In this document: piece by piece, positions 6,040 to 13,959 of the stretch
Numbering within the stretch: the first letter of the stretch is position 1
Layout of the letters: each line of letters opens with the position of its first letter
Source of the DNA: a virus
Taxonomy: Duplodnaviria; Caudoviricetes
DNA length: 31,007 nucleotides
Direction: 5' to 3' (one strand)
Virus record (IMG/VR): IMGVR_UViG_3300043391_000054
Location: 1 to 31,007 of that record
Notes under the pieces: generated by a model
What the model was told of the DNA's origin: nothing
Databases searched by the model: none
The model's input: only the letters and a program-made list of their open reading frames with translations
Translations under genes and position numbers: made by a program

Positions 6040-6473
6040 TTAATATTCTCTGACAACCAGACCGTGACCGATCCCTCCTCGGCATATTTCTTGGTGACTT
6101 TTAGGAGTGTGACCTGGGCATCGTCCTCGTAAACGACGCCATTCATGCCATCCAGAACGGTCTTGGCGATGTTGTCGACATCTGGTCTGGCAGGGTAAAT
6201 ATCACCGTCCAGAGCTGCCTGGCGTTTTGCTTTTGACCAGCTCAGGGGAATGCTCATGGATGCGTAGATGTAGACCGTCAGGGGCGTTTGCAGCGGTGCA
6301 TTACCTTGCATTGCCTCTGTTGCTCGAGCTGCGATGAGTGCTTCGTAATCTCGCGTGACAGCCGGCGTGTAGGACCGTGGCTTGCCGCCAGCGGTGCTGA
6401 ACCGTGGCCGTCCCTTGCCGACAGGTGGGCCAGGGATAACAAACTGAAGAGTCATCATTTCAATAAATTCCAT
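6036..6473 (-). CDS. rusA: RusA family Holliday junction resolvase
   Basis: PVGKGRPRF...RPDVDNIAKTVLDGMNGVVYEDDAQV..L.V.K.Y catalytic motif; true start may be 6458 or 6455. Confidence 0.93.
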   Translation of the reverse strand: MEFIEMMTLQFVIPGPPVGKGRPRFSTAGGKPRSYTPAVTRDYEALIAARATEAMQGNAPLQTPLTVYIYASMSIPLSWSKAKRQAALDGDIYPARPDVDNIAKTVLDGMNGVVYEDDAQVTLLKVTKKYAEEGSVTVWLSENIK

Positions 6474-6615
6474 GCGGTTTCCCGATTGGGTTCCTTCCGT
6501 GCCAGCGCCTCGTCCGGTTGCTGAAATGTCCCGACAGGGAAATTCTCCAGAGATGACGCCAACACGAACGGCAGATCATGCCCGAAGTCGATGAGCTTGT
6601 GGAGAAAATCTGTAC

Positions 6616-6630
6616 TAGGGTTTGTCCCTA
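6616..6630. promoter_or_regulatory. Dyad TAGGG-N5-CCCTA, candidate regulator binding site
   Basis: TAGGGTTTGTCCCTA in the divergent intergenic region. Confidence 0.45.
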
Positions 6631-6652
6631 CTCAGAAAGTACGCTTAGGCCC

Positions 6653-6681
6653 TTGATCTGGTTGTCAACCATGGGTAGAGT
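6653..6681 (+). promoter_or_regulatory. Sigma70-like early promoter with a palindromic operator in the spacer
   Basis: TTGATC (6653-6658), 17 bp, TAGAGT (6676-6681); spacer holds the perfect dyad TGGTTG-T-CAACCA (6659-6671); AGGAG SD at 6715-6719. Confidence 0.65.
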
Positions 6682-6724
6682 GACGGTCATGCGCTGCACG
6701 TCGTAGCGCTAACCAGGAGTCCAA

Positions 6725-6892
6725 ATGAAAATCATATTCACCAAAGAAGAAATCAAGGAAATCATCCTTGCCCACGTTCACCGTGAGAGCTGGGAGGAGT
6801 TCAACACCATCGAAATCCATAACTGGGACGCCGATGAATACGCCACCGTCACCTATGTCGAACCAACCCAGGAGCCTAGCAATGAGACCTAA
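6725..6892 (+). CDS. Small acidic early protein (55 aa; not in ORF track)
   Basis: AGGAG SD; MKIIFTKEEIKEIILAHVHRESWEEFNTIEIHNWDADEYATVTYVEPTQEPSNET. Confidence 0.8.
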   Translation: MKIIFTKEEIKEIILAHVHRESWEEFNTIEIHNWDADEYATVTYVEPTQEPSNET

Positions 6893-6989
6893 AGACCACG
6901 ACTCCAATCTGACAATCATCCTGGCATCTATCGCCGTTGGCGCAATGTCGGCAATCTGCCTGTTCCTCGCTCTAAGCGGAGGTCTCTGA
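6882..6989 (+). CDS. Small single-TM membrane peptide (35 aa)
   Basis: GGAG at 6871-6874; MRPKDHDSNLTIILASIAVGAMSAICLFLALSGGL; TGATG coupling to the exonuclease gene. Confidence 0.72.
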   Translation: MRPKDHDSNLTIILASIAVGAMSAICLFLALSGGL

Positions 6990-7945
6990 TGGTCGGGAAG
7001 GTAACCCCCAACACGATGCTGTCTGCAAGCCGCATCCCCGCCCTTCTGGGCCACTCAAAGTATGAGACGCCTAATGGTGTCCTTACGAGCGTGGTAAACG
7101 CCTTACAGGACGTTGAAGAGCCGTTTGAGACCAACGAGGCAATGCACTGGGGCAATGCGCTCGAGGTCCCGATCTTGATCGAAGCCTCTGCACGTTTAGC
7201 ATTGTCAAACATAGTGTTAGACCACTCAAAAGCGTATTTCCATCCTGACGCGCCGATTGCGTGCAGTCTGGACGGCAACGGTGATGGCAACGGGTTGGTG
7301 GTCAAGAACAACCCAGATGCAGGTATCTATGTGATTGGCCAGGACAGCATCACGCTTGACGGCGTTGGCGTGCTCGAGGCAAAGCTGACCAGCTCATATC
7401 CCGAAGATTGTCCAGCAATGAGTCGTGGTCCGCTCCAGCTCCAAGCGCAGATGGACATCACCGGTGCTAAATGGGGAGCCGTCTGTGTTCTGTATCAAGG
7501 CATTGAGCTGCGGATATTCCTGTTCGCTCCTCACGAAGAAACTCAAGCGTTAATACGCAAAACAGCGTTTGAGTTCGAGTCTAAGCTGACACACTGGTCC
7601 GAGACTGGTGAAGTCGAGTGGTACGACCCTGCAACGCCGGCAGAGTACGGCACCAAGTGGCCAGGCGATCCAAACTTAGATTCGGTTGATCTGGGAGAGT
7701 GGGGAGCAACGCTCGCCGAGCGGATCGTCAAAGCCAAACAAGAGATTAAGGTTCTTGAGGCAAGCATTGCAGATAACGAAGCCGAGCTGAAGGAAATGCT
7801 CGGCAACGCTACTCTGGCGCACGCTGAAGAATTTCGTATCTCCTGGCCAATCCGTAACTACCAAGCGCAGCCGGAGAAAGTCGTACCCGCCAAGCCAGCA
7901 CATTCGATGCGCCAGTCAACCGTCACCATCAAGGGGCCAAAATGA
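6989..7945 (+). CDS. YqaJ-like viral recombinase exonuclease
   Basis: LSASRIPALLGHSKY...AMHWGNALE...ACSLDG...VLEAK...QLQAQM motifs of the lambda-exonuclease/YqaJ family. Confidence 0.9.
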   Translation: MVGKVTPNTMLSASRIPALLGHSKYETPNGVLTSVVNALQDVEEPFETNEAMHWGNALEVPILIEASARLALSNIVLDHSKAYFHPDAPIACSLDGNGDGNGLVVKNNPDAGIYVIGQDSITLDGVGVLEAKLTSSYPEDCPAMSRGPLQLQAQMDITGAKWGAVCVLYQGIELRIFLFAPHEETQALIRKTAFEFESKLTHWSETGEVEWYDPATPAEYGTKWPGDPNLDSVDLGEWGATLAERIVKAKQEIKVLEASIADNEAELKEMLGNATLAHAEEFRISWPIRNYQAQPEKVVPAKPAHSMRQSTVTIKGPK

Positions 7946-8700
7946 AAATCGCAGCAGCATTTGTCGCAGCCAAACGAAAGTTTGCGCCAGCGCTCAAAAC
8001 CGAAACCAACTCACATTTTCGCAACCGATACGTTGACCTGGCCGGTTGCCTGGAAGCAGTCAATGACGCTCTGCTCGAGAACGGCATCGCGGTTTATCAG
8101 GAGACGTTTGAGGTTCCAGATGGCGTCTGCGTAGAAACCTGTTTCTTGCACGAATCCGGTGAGACTCTACGCATGGGCAAGCTGCACGTGCCAGCAGCCA
8201 AGCACGACCCGCAAGGGTATGGGTCTGCCCTGACTTACGCTCGGCGCTACTCGCTGATGGCTGCGTGCGGTATCGCTGCCGAGGATGATGACGGCAACGC
8301 TGCCAGCAAGAAGCCTCCTCAGAAGCCCGAGGTAAAGCCAGCAAACCCACTGGATGCCGTAGCACCCAAAGTGCTTCCGAAGCCCTCTGAGCCGCCAGAG
8401 ATCATCGAGTTTGAGGATGGCGCTGGTGGCACCTGGGCGTTGCGCGTCCCCAACGAAGCCAAGCCACGCTCGATGAGCAATGACGAGGCTGCATGGATTG
8501 TTGAGTTCAATGCGCTGGCCGACGCAGTTATGAAAGCCGGCAAAGTGCCGCCGATAGACCGCATCGCTAAGCTCAAGCTACTGCGTACTGCCAATGATGC
8601 TGAAATTGCTCGGCTGTCGATAATTGAGCGTGCCAGATTTCTTCAGACGTTCTCAGCACGGATTGGCGCCCTTGATGCGCTGATGAAAGCAGCCGCATGA
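7942..8700 (+). CDS. erf: ERF family ssDNA annealing protein
   Basis: NSHFRNRYVDL...HESGE...DPQGYGSALTYARRYSLMAACGIAAEDDDGN is the ERF signature. Confidence 0.93.
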   Translation: MKIAAAFVAAKRKFAPALKTETNSHFRNRYVDLAGCLEAVNDALLENGIAVYQETFEVPDGVCVETCFLHESGETLRMGKLHVPAAKHDPQGYGSALTYARRYSLMAACGIAAEDDDGNAASKKPPQKPEVKPANPLDAVAPKVLPKPSEPPEIIEFEDGAGGTWALRVPNEAKPRSMSNDEAAWIVEFNALADAVMKAGKVPPIDRIAKLKLLRTANDAEIARLSIIERARFLQTFSARIGALDALMKAAA

Positions 8701-8915
8701 GGATGGCTCAGATCCGATTATTGGACGCAATCGGTGGGCTTGAGAAGTCTCTGGGCCGGTTGCCGTCCATGAATGAAATAGCACGGGTTCTGGGTTGTAG
8801 CCCCCAGAACGTCCACAAAATGATCAAACGAATGAGGAGCAAGAATGAAACAGTGTCCTCCCTGCCACGGGAATTGCAATCAGGGCCGAAACTGTCCAAG
8901 GAGAAACAGCAATGA
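8697..8915 (+). CDS. Small HTH protein (LexA-DBD-like)
   Basis: GRLPSMNEIARVLGCSPQNVHKMIKRM resembles the LexA N-terminal wHTH pattern; no peptidase domain; ATGA overlaps at both ends. Confidence 0.75.
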   Translation: MRMAQIRLLDAIGGLEKSLGRLPSMNEIARVLGCSPQNVHKMIKRMRSKNETVSSLPRELQSGPKLSKEKQQ

Positions 8916-8928
8916 AAGTCTGGGTTGA
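8845..8928 (+). CDS. Overprinted Cys-rich peptide (27 aa)
   Basis: GAGGAG at 8834-8839, then MKQCPPCHGNCNQGRNCPRRNSNESLG in the +1 frame of the HTH gene. Confidence 0.6.
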   Translation: MKQCPPCHGNCNQGRNCPRRNSNESLG

Positions 8929-9100
8929 TCCACCAGAAGGATGGCGCTACGGGTTCCCCAAGGTTTGGGATACCGATCTGCACGACAATCTGCACCATTG
9001 GTTGAACGACCGCGGTTACCCGCCGGAGCTGCGTGACCAATACGGAGAATATTTTTTCGTCCGGCAGTGGTCGGTCAGAGATGACCCTTTGGGAATTTAG
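8912..9100 (+). CDS. Conserved hypothetical phage protein
   Basis: DPPEGWRYGFPK...WL...GYP motif recurs in aquatic phages; AAGGAG SD. Confidence 0.8.
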   Translation: MKVWVDPPEGWRYGFPKVWDTDLHDNLHHWLNDRGYPPELRDQYGEYFFVRQWSVRDDPLGI

Positions 9101-10083
9101 AGCGCAGATACGTCGATTAAATCGCCACGGAAATCAAGCATTCCCTCAGAGTGCTTGATTGCCAGCTCTGGAAAGAGCAACCGAGAATCTCGAAAGGTCA
9201 GCACGGCAAAGCCGCTGCGCCAGTTGACCGGATTGTCCTCGAGGTAGTCGTTGAACTGCTTCCCGTCAATGTCGGCCAGTGTTCCGGTGTCGACCCCATA
9301 TCTGGTTCCACGGTAGTCACTGTACGGGGTACATTTCAACGAATGCAGGTGGCCTGTGACAATCGACGTGCCGCTGCCCATCGTGTTCGTATGAGTAGCG
9401 TGGACGCCATTCTTATATCTATGCTTGACCACTACATCATCAGTCAACCAGCAGCTCCAGCACGGATGCCAGGCTTGAAAATGGTCTTTTAAAGTAAAGC
9501 CCGCTACGCCCTCATATCCCGGTGCGTTAGCTGCCAGAAAGTTCTCAAACCGAGAGTCGTGGTTGCCGAGTGGCCATATGAGCTGGACATTGTGCCGCGC
9601 CGCTTTAGCAACCGCCTCAATCTCTGCCAGAGCCTCCTGGCACGCTGTAAGCTCCTCCTTAACACTTGGCTGCTGCGTCCAACCAATGCGCGGATACCGG
9701 CTAATTGAAGCCCCGTCAAAGGCATCGCCGTTGTTGATCACTGCATATGGTTTGAGCTGGCTGATCGCCCAGAGCAACCCCTTGAACGCCGTGGTGCGCA
9801 GTCCTGGCCAGAAGTGTGCGTCAGAGAATACGATCACCACCCCATCAGTAATACCGGCGTGGTGCCGAGCTTTTGTCAGATGATGGGTTTGCAGATGATC
9901 AAATGCCCTTGCAGTATCTGCTTTGGCCTCGAGCTTGATCTTGAGCTTAGATTCCAAACGACGGCGATTGTTGTGCGCCCATCGCTCAGTGAATCCAAAA
10001 AAATCGGCAACCTTTGAAGCGCTGTGGAATCTCTGCCACGCAGCCAGAAATTCCTCATCGGAAAGTTTCTGTTTTCCAGGCAT
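9097..10083 (-). CDS. Calcineurin-like metallophosphoesterase with N-terminal HTH-like segment
   Basis: All five motifs present: SDAH, NGDAFD, GNHD, KH, GHLH; N-terminus SASKVADFFGFTERWAHNNRR is HTH-like. Confidence 0.88.
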   Translation of the reverse strand: MPGKQKLSDEEFLAAWQRFHSASKVADFFGFTERWAHNNRRRLESKLKIKLEAKADTARAFDHLQTHHLTKARHHAGITDGVVIVFSDAHFWPGLRTTAFKGLLWAISQLKPYAVINNGDAFDGASISRYPRIGWTQQPSVKEELTACQEALAEIEAVAKAARHNVQLIWPLGNHDSRFENFLAANAPGYEGVAGFTLKDHFQAWHPCWSCWLTDDVVVKHRYKNGVHATHTNTMGSGTSIVTGHLHSLKCTPYSDYRGTRYGVDTGTLADIDGKQFNDYLEDNPVNWRSGFAVLTFRDSRLLFPELAIKHSEGMLDFRGDLIDVSAL

Positions 10084-10085
10084 TT

Positions 10086-10115
10086 TTTAGCACCATCAAT
10101 TGCGATGATGCTAAA
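10086..10115 (-). promoter_or_regulatory. Stem-loop covering the ribosome-binding region of the phosphoesterase gene
   Basis: mRNA UUUAGCAUCAUC-GCAAUU-GAUGGUGCUAAA, 12-bp stem with one G-U, ending 2 nt before the AUG. Confidence 0.6.
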
Positions 10116-10143
10116 TATCACGTCAAGATTACGTTGTCTAGTG

Positions 10144-10665
10144 TTAAACGCTTGTTTTATATATTTTTTTCGCGTAGTCCTCGACCGCGTTGACGCGACG
10201 GGTCCAGCCCTTTCCAAACACTGCATAAGCCTTCAGTTTTTCAAGAAATCTGAGCCTAAGATCGCTGTAATCCTCGATCAAATCTGACGGTTTTTCGCGC
10301 TTGACCGCTGCCAACGTGAGCGGACCGATGACGCCATCATCATCCACGCCAACCACGCGCTGCAAGAATATGATTGCCTGTTTGGGGCCTGAATTGACCG
10401 CGCAGTCAAAGACGCAGTAGTCAAGACCAGCCGGCAAATCATCGCCCCAGACCTTGTTCCAGTAGCGCCCACGATAGAGCGGAGTGACGTCAGAGACGTC
10501 CAGATCGCGCATACACTGCTCGTCGACACTCTCCCCTGTCCAGTCCTCCCACGTGCGCTTGGTGACGCCGTGATTGGTCATTCCACCTGGGTCTGATGGA
10601 TGGTTGCAGTAGCCGCCTTCAAAGCCGAGCGTCAGACGCAGTGCGTCATCAAAGTTGTCTTTCAT
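10144..10665 (-). CDS. Endolysin, glycoside hydrolase family 108 with peptidoglycan-binding domain
   Basis: FEGGYCNHPSDPGGMTNHGVT motif; VFDCAVNSG; DDGVIGPLT; FGKGWTRRV. Confidence 0.95.
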   Translation of the reverse strand: MKDNFDDALRLTLGFEGGYCNHPSDPGGMTNHGVTKRTWEDWTGESVDEQCMRDLDVSDVTPLYRGRYWNKVWGDDLPAGLDYCVFDCAVNSGPKQAIIFLQRVVGVDDDGVIGPLTLAAVKREKPSDLIEDYSDLRLRFLEKLKAYAVFGKGWTRRVNAVEDYAKKIYKTSV

Positions 10666-11063
10666 TTAGATGCTACTCCTTGAACCTTCTCAAAGGTCCG
10701 TAGACCGCCAAGCCCAAGCATACCGAACATTAGCTCCCAAAGGGTAGCGTCCAGCGTCGGCATATCCCCAACTTCAACCCCATTTAGTCGTGCAACATAA
10801 GACCCAATCGGCCGCATCACGTACTGATAAGCAAGCGCTGTGGCGCAAACCCATCCAATCGCCGGACGCCAGCCAGCAACAAACAAGCTTCCTGATGCTG
10901 CTTCAGCTTTGTTAATCTCGAGCTGGCCAACGATCTTGGCAAGTTCTCCAGATTGCTGGAGCTTCAGCAGCTCGAGCTGAGCGCTGGCCTGTTGCGCTGG
11001 ATCTGGCCAGACCCGCTTGATGATCTCACCACCAAGCCCGAGGATCGCTTCGATGCCGATCAT
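10662..11063 (-). CDS. Holin (3TM/GTA-holin-like family)
   Basis: Start 11063 (ATGA overlap); INKAEAAS.SLFVAGWRPAIGWVC...GMLGLGGLRTFEK; directly upstream of the endolysin. Confidence 0.85.
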   Translation of the reverse strand: MIGIEAILGLGGEIIKRVWPDPAQQASAQLELLKLQQSGELAKIVGQLEINKAEAASGSLFVAGWRPAIGWVCATALAYQYVMRPIGSYVARLNGVEVGDMPTLDATLWELMFGMLGLGGLRTFEKVQGVASK

Positions 11064-11263
11064 TTGGACCAGTGGCTGATAATCCAGCCGGCAGCACTGC
11101 TGATGCCGCTGATGACCGCCATTCCGAACCAAAAGCCGCCCTTGCTTTGATTAGCAAGCTCCAATAGTTTCTTAATGTCGGCTTGCATATCGGCAACTTG
11201 CTTTTCTAGCAAATCGACCTTTGCGATTAGCTGACCATATTTGACGGGATCAATATCTGACAT
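11060..11263 (-). CDS. Small coiled-coil protein with C-terminal TM (lysis cassette accessory)
   Basis: 67 aa; heptad region, then GGFWFGMAVISGISSAAGWII; first gene of the lysis cassette. Confidence 0.75.
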   Translation of the reverse strand: MSDIDPVKYGQLIAKVDLLEKQVADMQADIKKLLELANQSKGGFWFGMAVISGISSAAGWIISHWSK

Positions 11264-11265
11264 GA

Positions 11266-13959
11266 TTAATCTCTATTTTTAACGCCGGCACCTGGCTCAA
11301 GTCTACGTTGCATTTTGCGAGCTTCAAACATCTGGCCGAGTTTACCAGCACCACGACTTGCAAGTGGTGGCAAACCCTTCGCAGCCAAAGCAACGTCAGC
11401 CGCTTGAGTTACCATGCCGCCACCCTGCTGAGCCAGTTGAGCAACAAACGTGTTTGAGTTATTTACAAACGAACCCGTTGGCTGCGCTTTGGTTTTGTAA
11501 AGCACGTCCCCAAGCACCCGCAAATCTTCAAAGGTTTCTGGTTTTGCACCAACTTTAAGTTTTTCTTCAAGTGCTTTTAAAGTCTTGTTGTAAGTTGCCT
11601 GATTCACGTTAGATTTTTCTACCAAACCGCCTTTTTCGCGCAGGTGGTTGATTAATGCTGACTCAATGTTGAGAGCGCCAACCGAACCCTCTCCAAACGT
11701 GTTCCGCATTAACTCAACCTGACTAGCCGGTGCGGTTTTGGAAAAAACGTGTTTTTCCATGAAAGTGTCAGGTGACGCACCATTAACCGCAGCGTCGTAT
11801 GCGGGATCTCTTGCCAAAGCATCAAACCGTTCTTTTGCTGCGTTTCTAGCCTGATCGGCAATTGATTTCAAGCCTTGGGCCTCTTGCAACAATGGCAAAT
11901 CTTCAAGCGATTGACGCACTAGGCTTAGAGCATACTTTGTGTTTCCATCTCCCGCCCTATCGGCTTTACGCATATCAGCGGCAAGATTGGTTCTTAACGC
12001 TTCAAACTTTTGGAAGGTTAAAGGCTCGCCAGATTCAAATTTTTGTAGATCTTTTTTAAATGATTCTGGCAAATATTCTGTTTTCAGATTTTCATCAAGC
12101 AGAGTTCTTGCGTTCCGAACAAATTGCGGTGCGTCAATCGGGAAACTACCGCCAGCAGCTTCCTTAAGAGCTTGGTATTTTTGATTAATATCTAAATTGC
12201 GAGCGTTGTCAATTATTTGGTATTCATTGATTTGCCTAACGCCGTGATCAAACATTGAACCGCCAACTTCGTTTTGAGTGGCTCGGTCGTGCAGCCGGTC
12301 AACTGCTGCTTTTAGCTTTGCGTCCTGTTGGCTGAATCTATCAGAAAGCGCAGGGTACCTGCCGCGCTCGTTCATCTCAAATGACAGCGCACCCGGATTT
12401 CGCGTTGCCTGACCTTCTGTAAAGAAATCAGAACCCAGACCCAACCGCTCTGCTTGTAAATGGCTTTCCAACGCCGGCAAATTGATTCGATCACGTTTGA
12501 CGCCTTGCAACCGAGCTTGAAGTTGTGGGCTGGCCTGGGCAATAGCCGCATCAATTGCTGCTACGTCTGTTACCGCTGCTGCCCCAACGCTTCCCAGCCG
12601 CGCCGTAAGTCCCGCTGCTGGCGCAACAGATGCCTGTGCTTGCTGAGCCTTAACCGCTTGCAATTCTCGTTGTGTAGGCGCGTTTGCAGCCTCTGTCAGT
12701 GCCGTTTCCTTGGCCGTTTGTTTTGCTTTGAGCTGCTCTTGTAGCTCGGCATACGTTACCCGAGGTTTTGGCTGCCCCGGTACTGGTGCTGCCGGAGCTG
12801 GTGCTCCGATGCCAGGTTCAACCCGTGGAGCGACTGGTTGTGTCTTGGCTGCAAACTGATCACGGAGAGCTTGTTCAGCACCCAATGCCGCTTGGGTGGT
12901 TTTTGCACCAGCTCTCCCAATCGCAGGAGTGGCTGCAAGCATTCCCGAGGCAATCATGCTTTCAACGTCAGAAACAGGAATGCCGGTTTTTTCAGAGATT
13001 TTTTGAGCGCCCTCTACAATCTTTTCGCCAACGTAACCGACAGCTCGACGACTGGCTTCTGCTTTGTAGGCTGGATCTTCGGTAATACCCAAAGCCTTAC
13101 CAAATGGGTCCATTACTGCTTCGTTGTATCTTTCCAAAGCCCTTTTAGCAGCTTCAGGCGGAGCGCCAGCAATGCCAGTACCCGCTCGGACAACAGGGTA
13201 ACCAACGTAACTAATCAATCCCGTAAGTTGGTTTGCGGCAACGTCAGCCAAGCTGACCAGACCCTTGCCAAAATCGGCAGCGCTGCCAATTTTGAATTGA
13301 GTTTTTGGCGTTGCCGGCTGCGGTGCAACCGTCGTTGCAGGAATTTGTTCTGTTGGCGTAGCTGGTGCAGTTGGCTGCGTCGGTTCTGACGGAGCACCCA
13401 ACCGATTGCGATAGATTTCTTTAATGCGATTTTCTTCAGCAGTAGGAGCTGGTTGAGCAGGTTGTGCCTTTGCTGGCTCTGATTTTGCTGGCTGAACTTT
13501 AGATGCCTCTGCGCTTTTAGCAGAATTAAGCAATCTCATCACATTGTCTTCAGGCCCAACGTCCCGCATAGGTTCAGACGTTCTTGCCTGAGCACCTTGT
13601 TGCTGAGCCAACGTAGCGTTAAATTTGGCAATGTAATTTTCTGGGTTTTTGTTTACAAAACCACCATATGCTGCCAAACCTTTGTTAAGATCACCGCCAG
13701 CTTTGTCCGTAAAGTCTTGCAAAAGACGCCGCGCTGCTTCTCGAGCCTCTGGCTCGTTGAATGGATCAAACTTGATGCCTTGATTGGCAAGTTGGGCAAC
13801 GGTGCCTGGCATGAATTGATAAGCACCCATCGCCCCGCTGTCTCGGTTGACAGCATTGGGATTGTTGTTGCTTTCAATCTGACGAAGAGCGTCTAGATGG
13901 GCATCAGTAACAATTGTTCCCGGTTTTGCGCTACGCAATAAACGCTCAACATTATCCAT
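11266..13959 (-). CDS. DNA ejection (internal virion) protein with N-terminal lytic transglycosylase domain
   Basis: 897 aa; QIESNNNPNAVNRDSGAMGAYQFMPGT...LAAY SLT motifs; P22 gp16 position; Pro/Ala/Gln linkers and a long helical body. Confidence 0.85.
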   Translation of the reverse strand: MDNVERLLRSAKPGTIVTDAHLDALRQIESNNNPNAVNRDSGAMGAYQFMPGTVAQLANQGIKFDPFNEPEAREAARRLLQDFTDKAGGDLNKGLAAYGGFVNKNPENYIAKFNATLAQQQGAQARTSEPMRDVGPEDNVMRLLNSAKSAEASKVQPAKSEPAKAQPAQPAPTAEENRIKEIYRNRLGAPSEPTQPTAPATPTEQIPATTVAPQPATPKTQFKIGSAADFGKGLVSLADVAANQLTGLISYVGYPVVRAGTGIAGAPPEAAKRALERYNEAVMDPFGKALGITEDPAYKAEASRRAVGYVGEKIVEGAQKISEKTGIPVSDVESMIASGMLAATPAIGRAGAKTTQAALGAEQALRDQFAAKTQPVAPRVEPGIGAPAPAAPVPGQPKPRVTYAELQEQLKAKQTAKETALTEAANAPTQRELQAVKAQQAQASVAPAAGLTARLGSVGAAAVTDVAAIDAAIAQASPQLQARLQGVKRDRINLPALESHLQAERLGLGSDFFTEGQATRNPGALSFEMNERGRYPALSDRFSQQDAKLKAAVDRLHDRATQNEVGGSMFDHGVRQINEYQIIDNARNLDINQKYQALKEAAGGSFPIDAPQFVRNARTLLDENLKTEYLPESFKKDLQKFESGEPLTFQKFEALRTNLAADMRKADRAGDGNTKYALSLVRQSLEDLPLLQEAQGLKSIADQARNAAKERFDALARDPAYDAAVNGASPDTFMEKHVFSKTAPASQVELMRNTFGEGSVGALNIESALINHLREKGGLVEKSNVNQATYNKTLKALEEKLKVGAKPETFEDLRVLGDVLYKTKAQPTGSFVNNSNTFVAQLAQQGGGMVTQAADVALAAKGLPPLASRGAGKLGQMFEARKMQRRLEPGAGVKNRD

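Noticed and set aside
3795-6490. CCCAATCGGG at 3795-3804 and inverted at 6481-6490
   Set aside because: A 10-bp match is common by chance at this genome size and has no further support.
6460-6579. 39-codon minus-strand ORF (MICRSCWRHLW...) as a cro-like gene
   Set aside because: No SD, no HTH pattern, and its ATG lies within the candidate -10 element.
6665-7903. Minus-strand ORFs 6665-7054, 6928-7311, 7543-7806 and 7676-7903 as a repressor
   Set aside because: They are antisense to well-supported early genes and show no HTH or peptidase motif.
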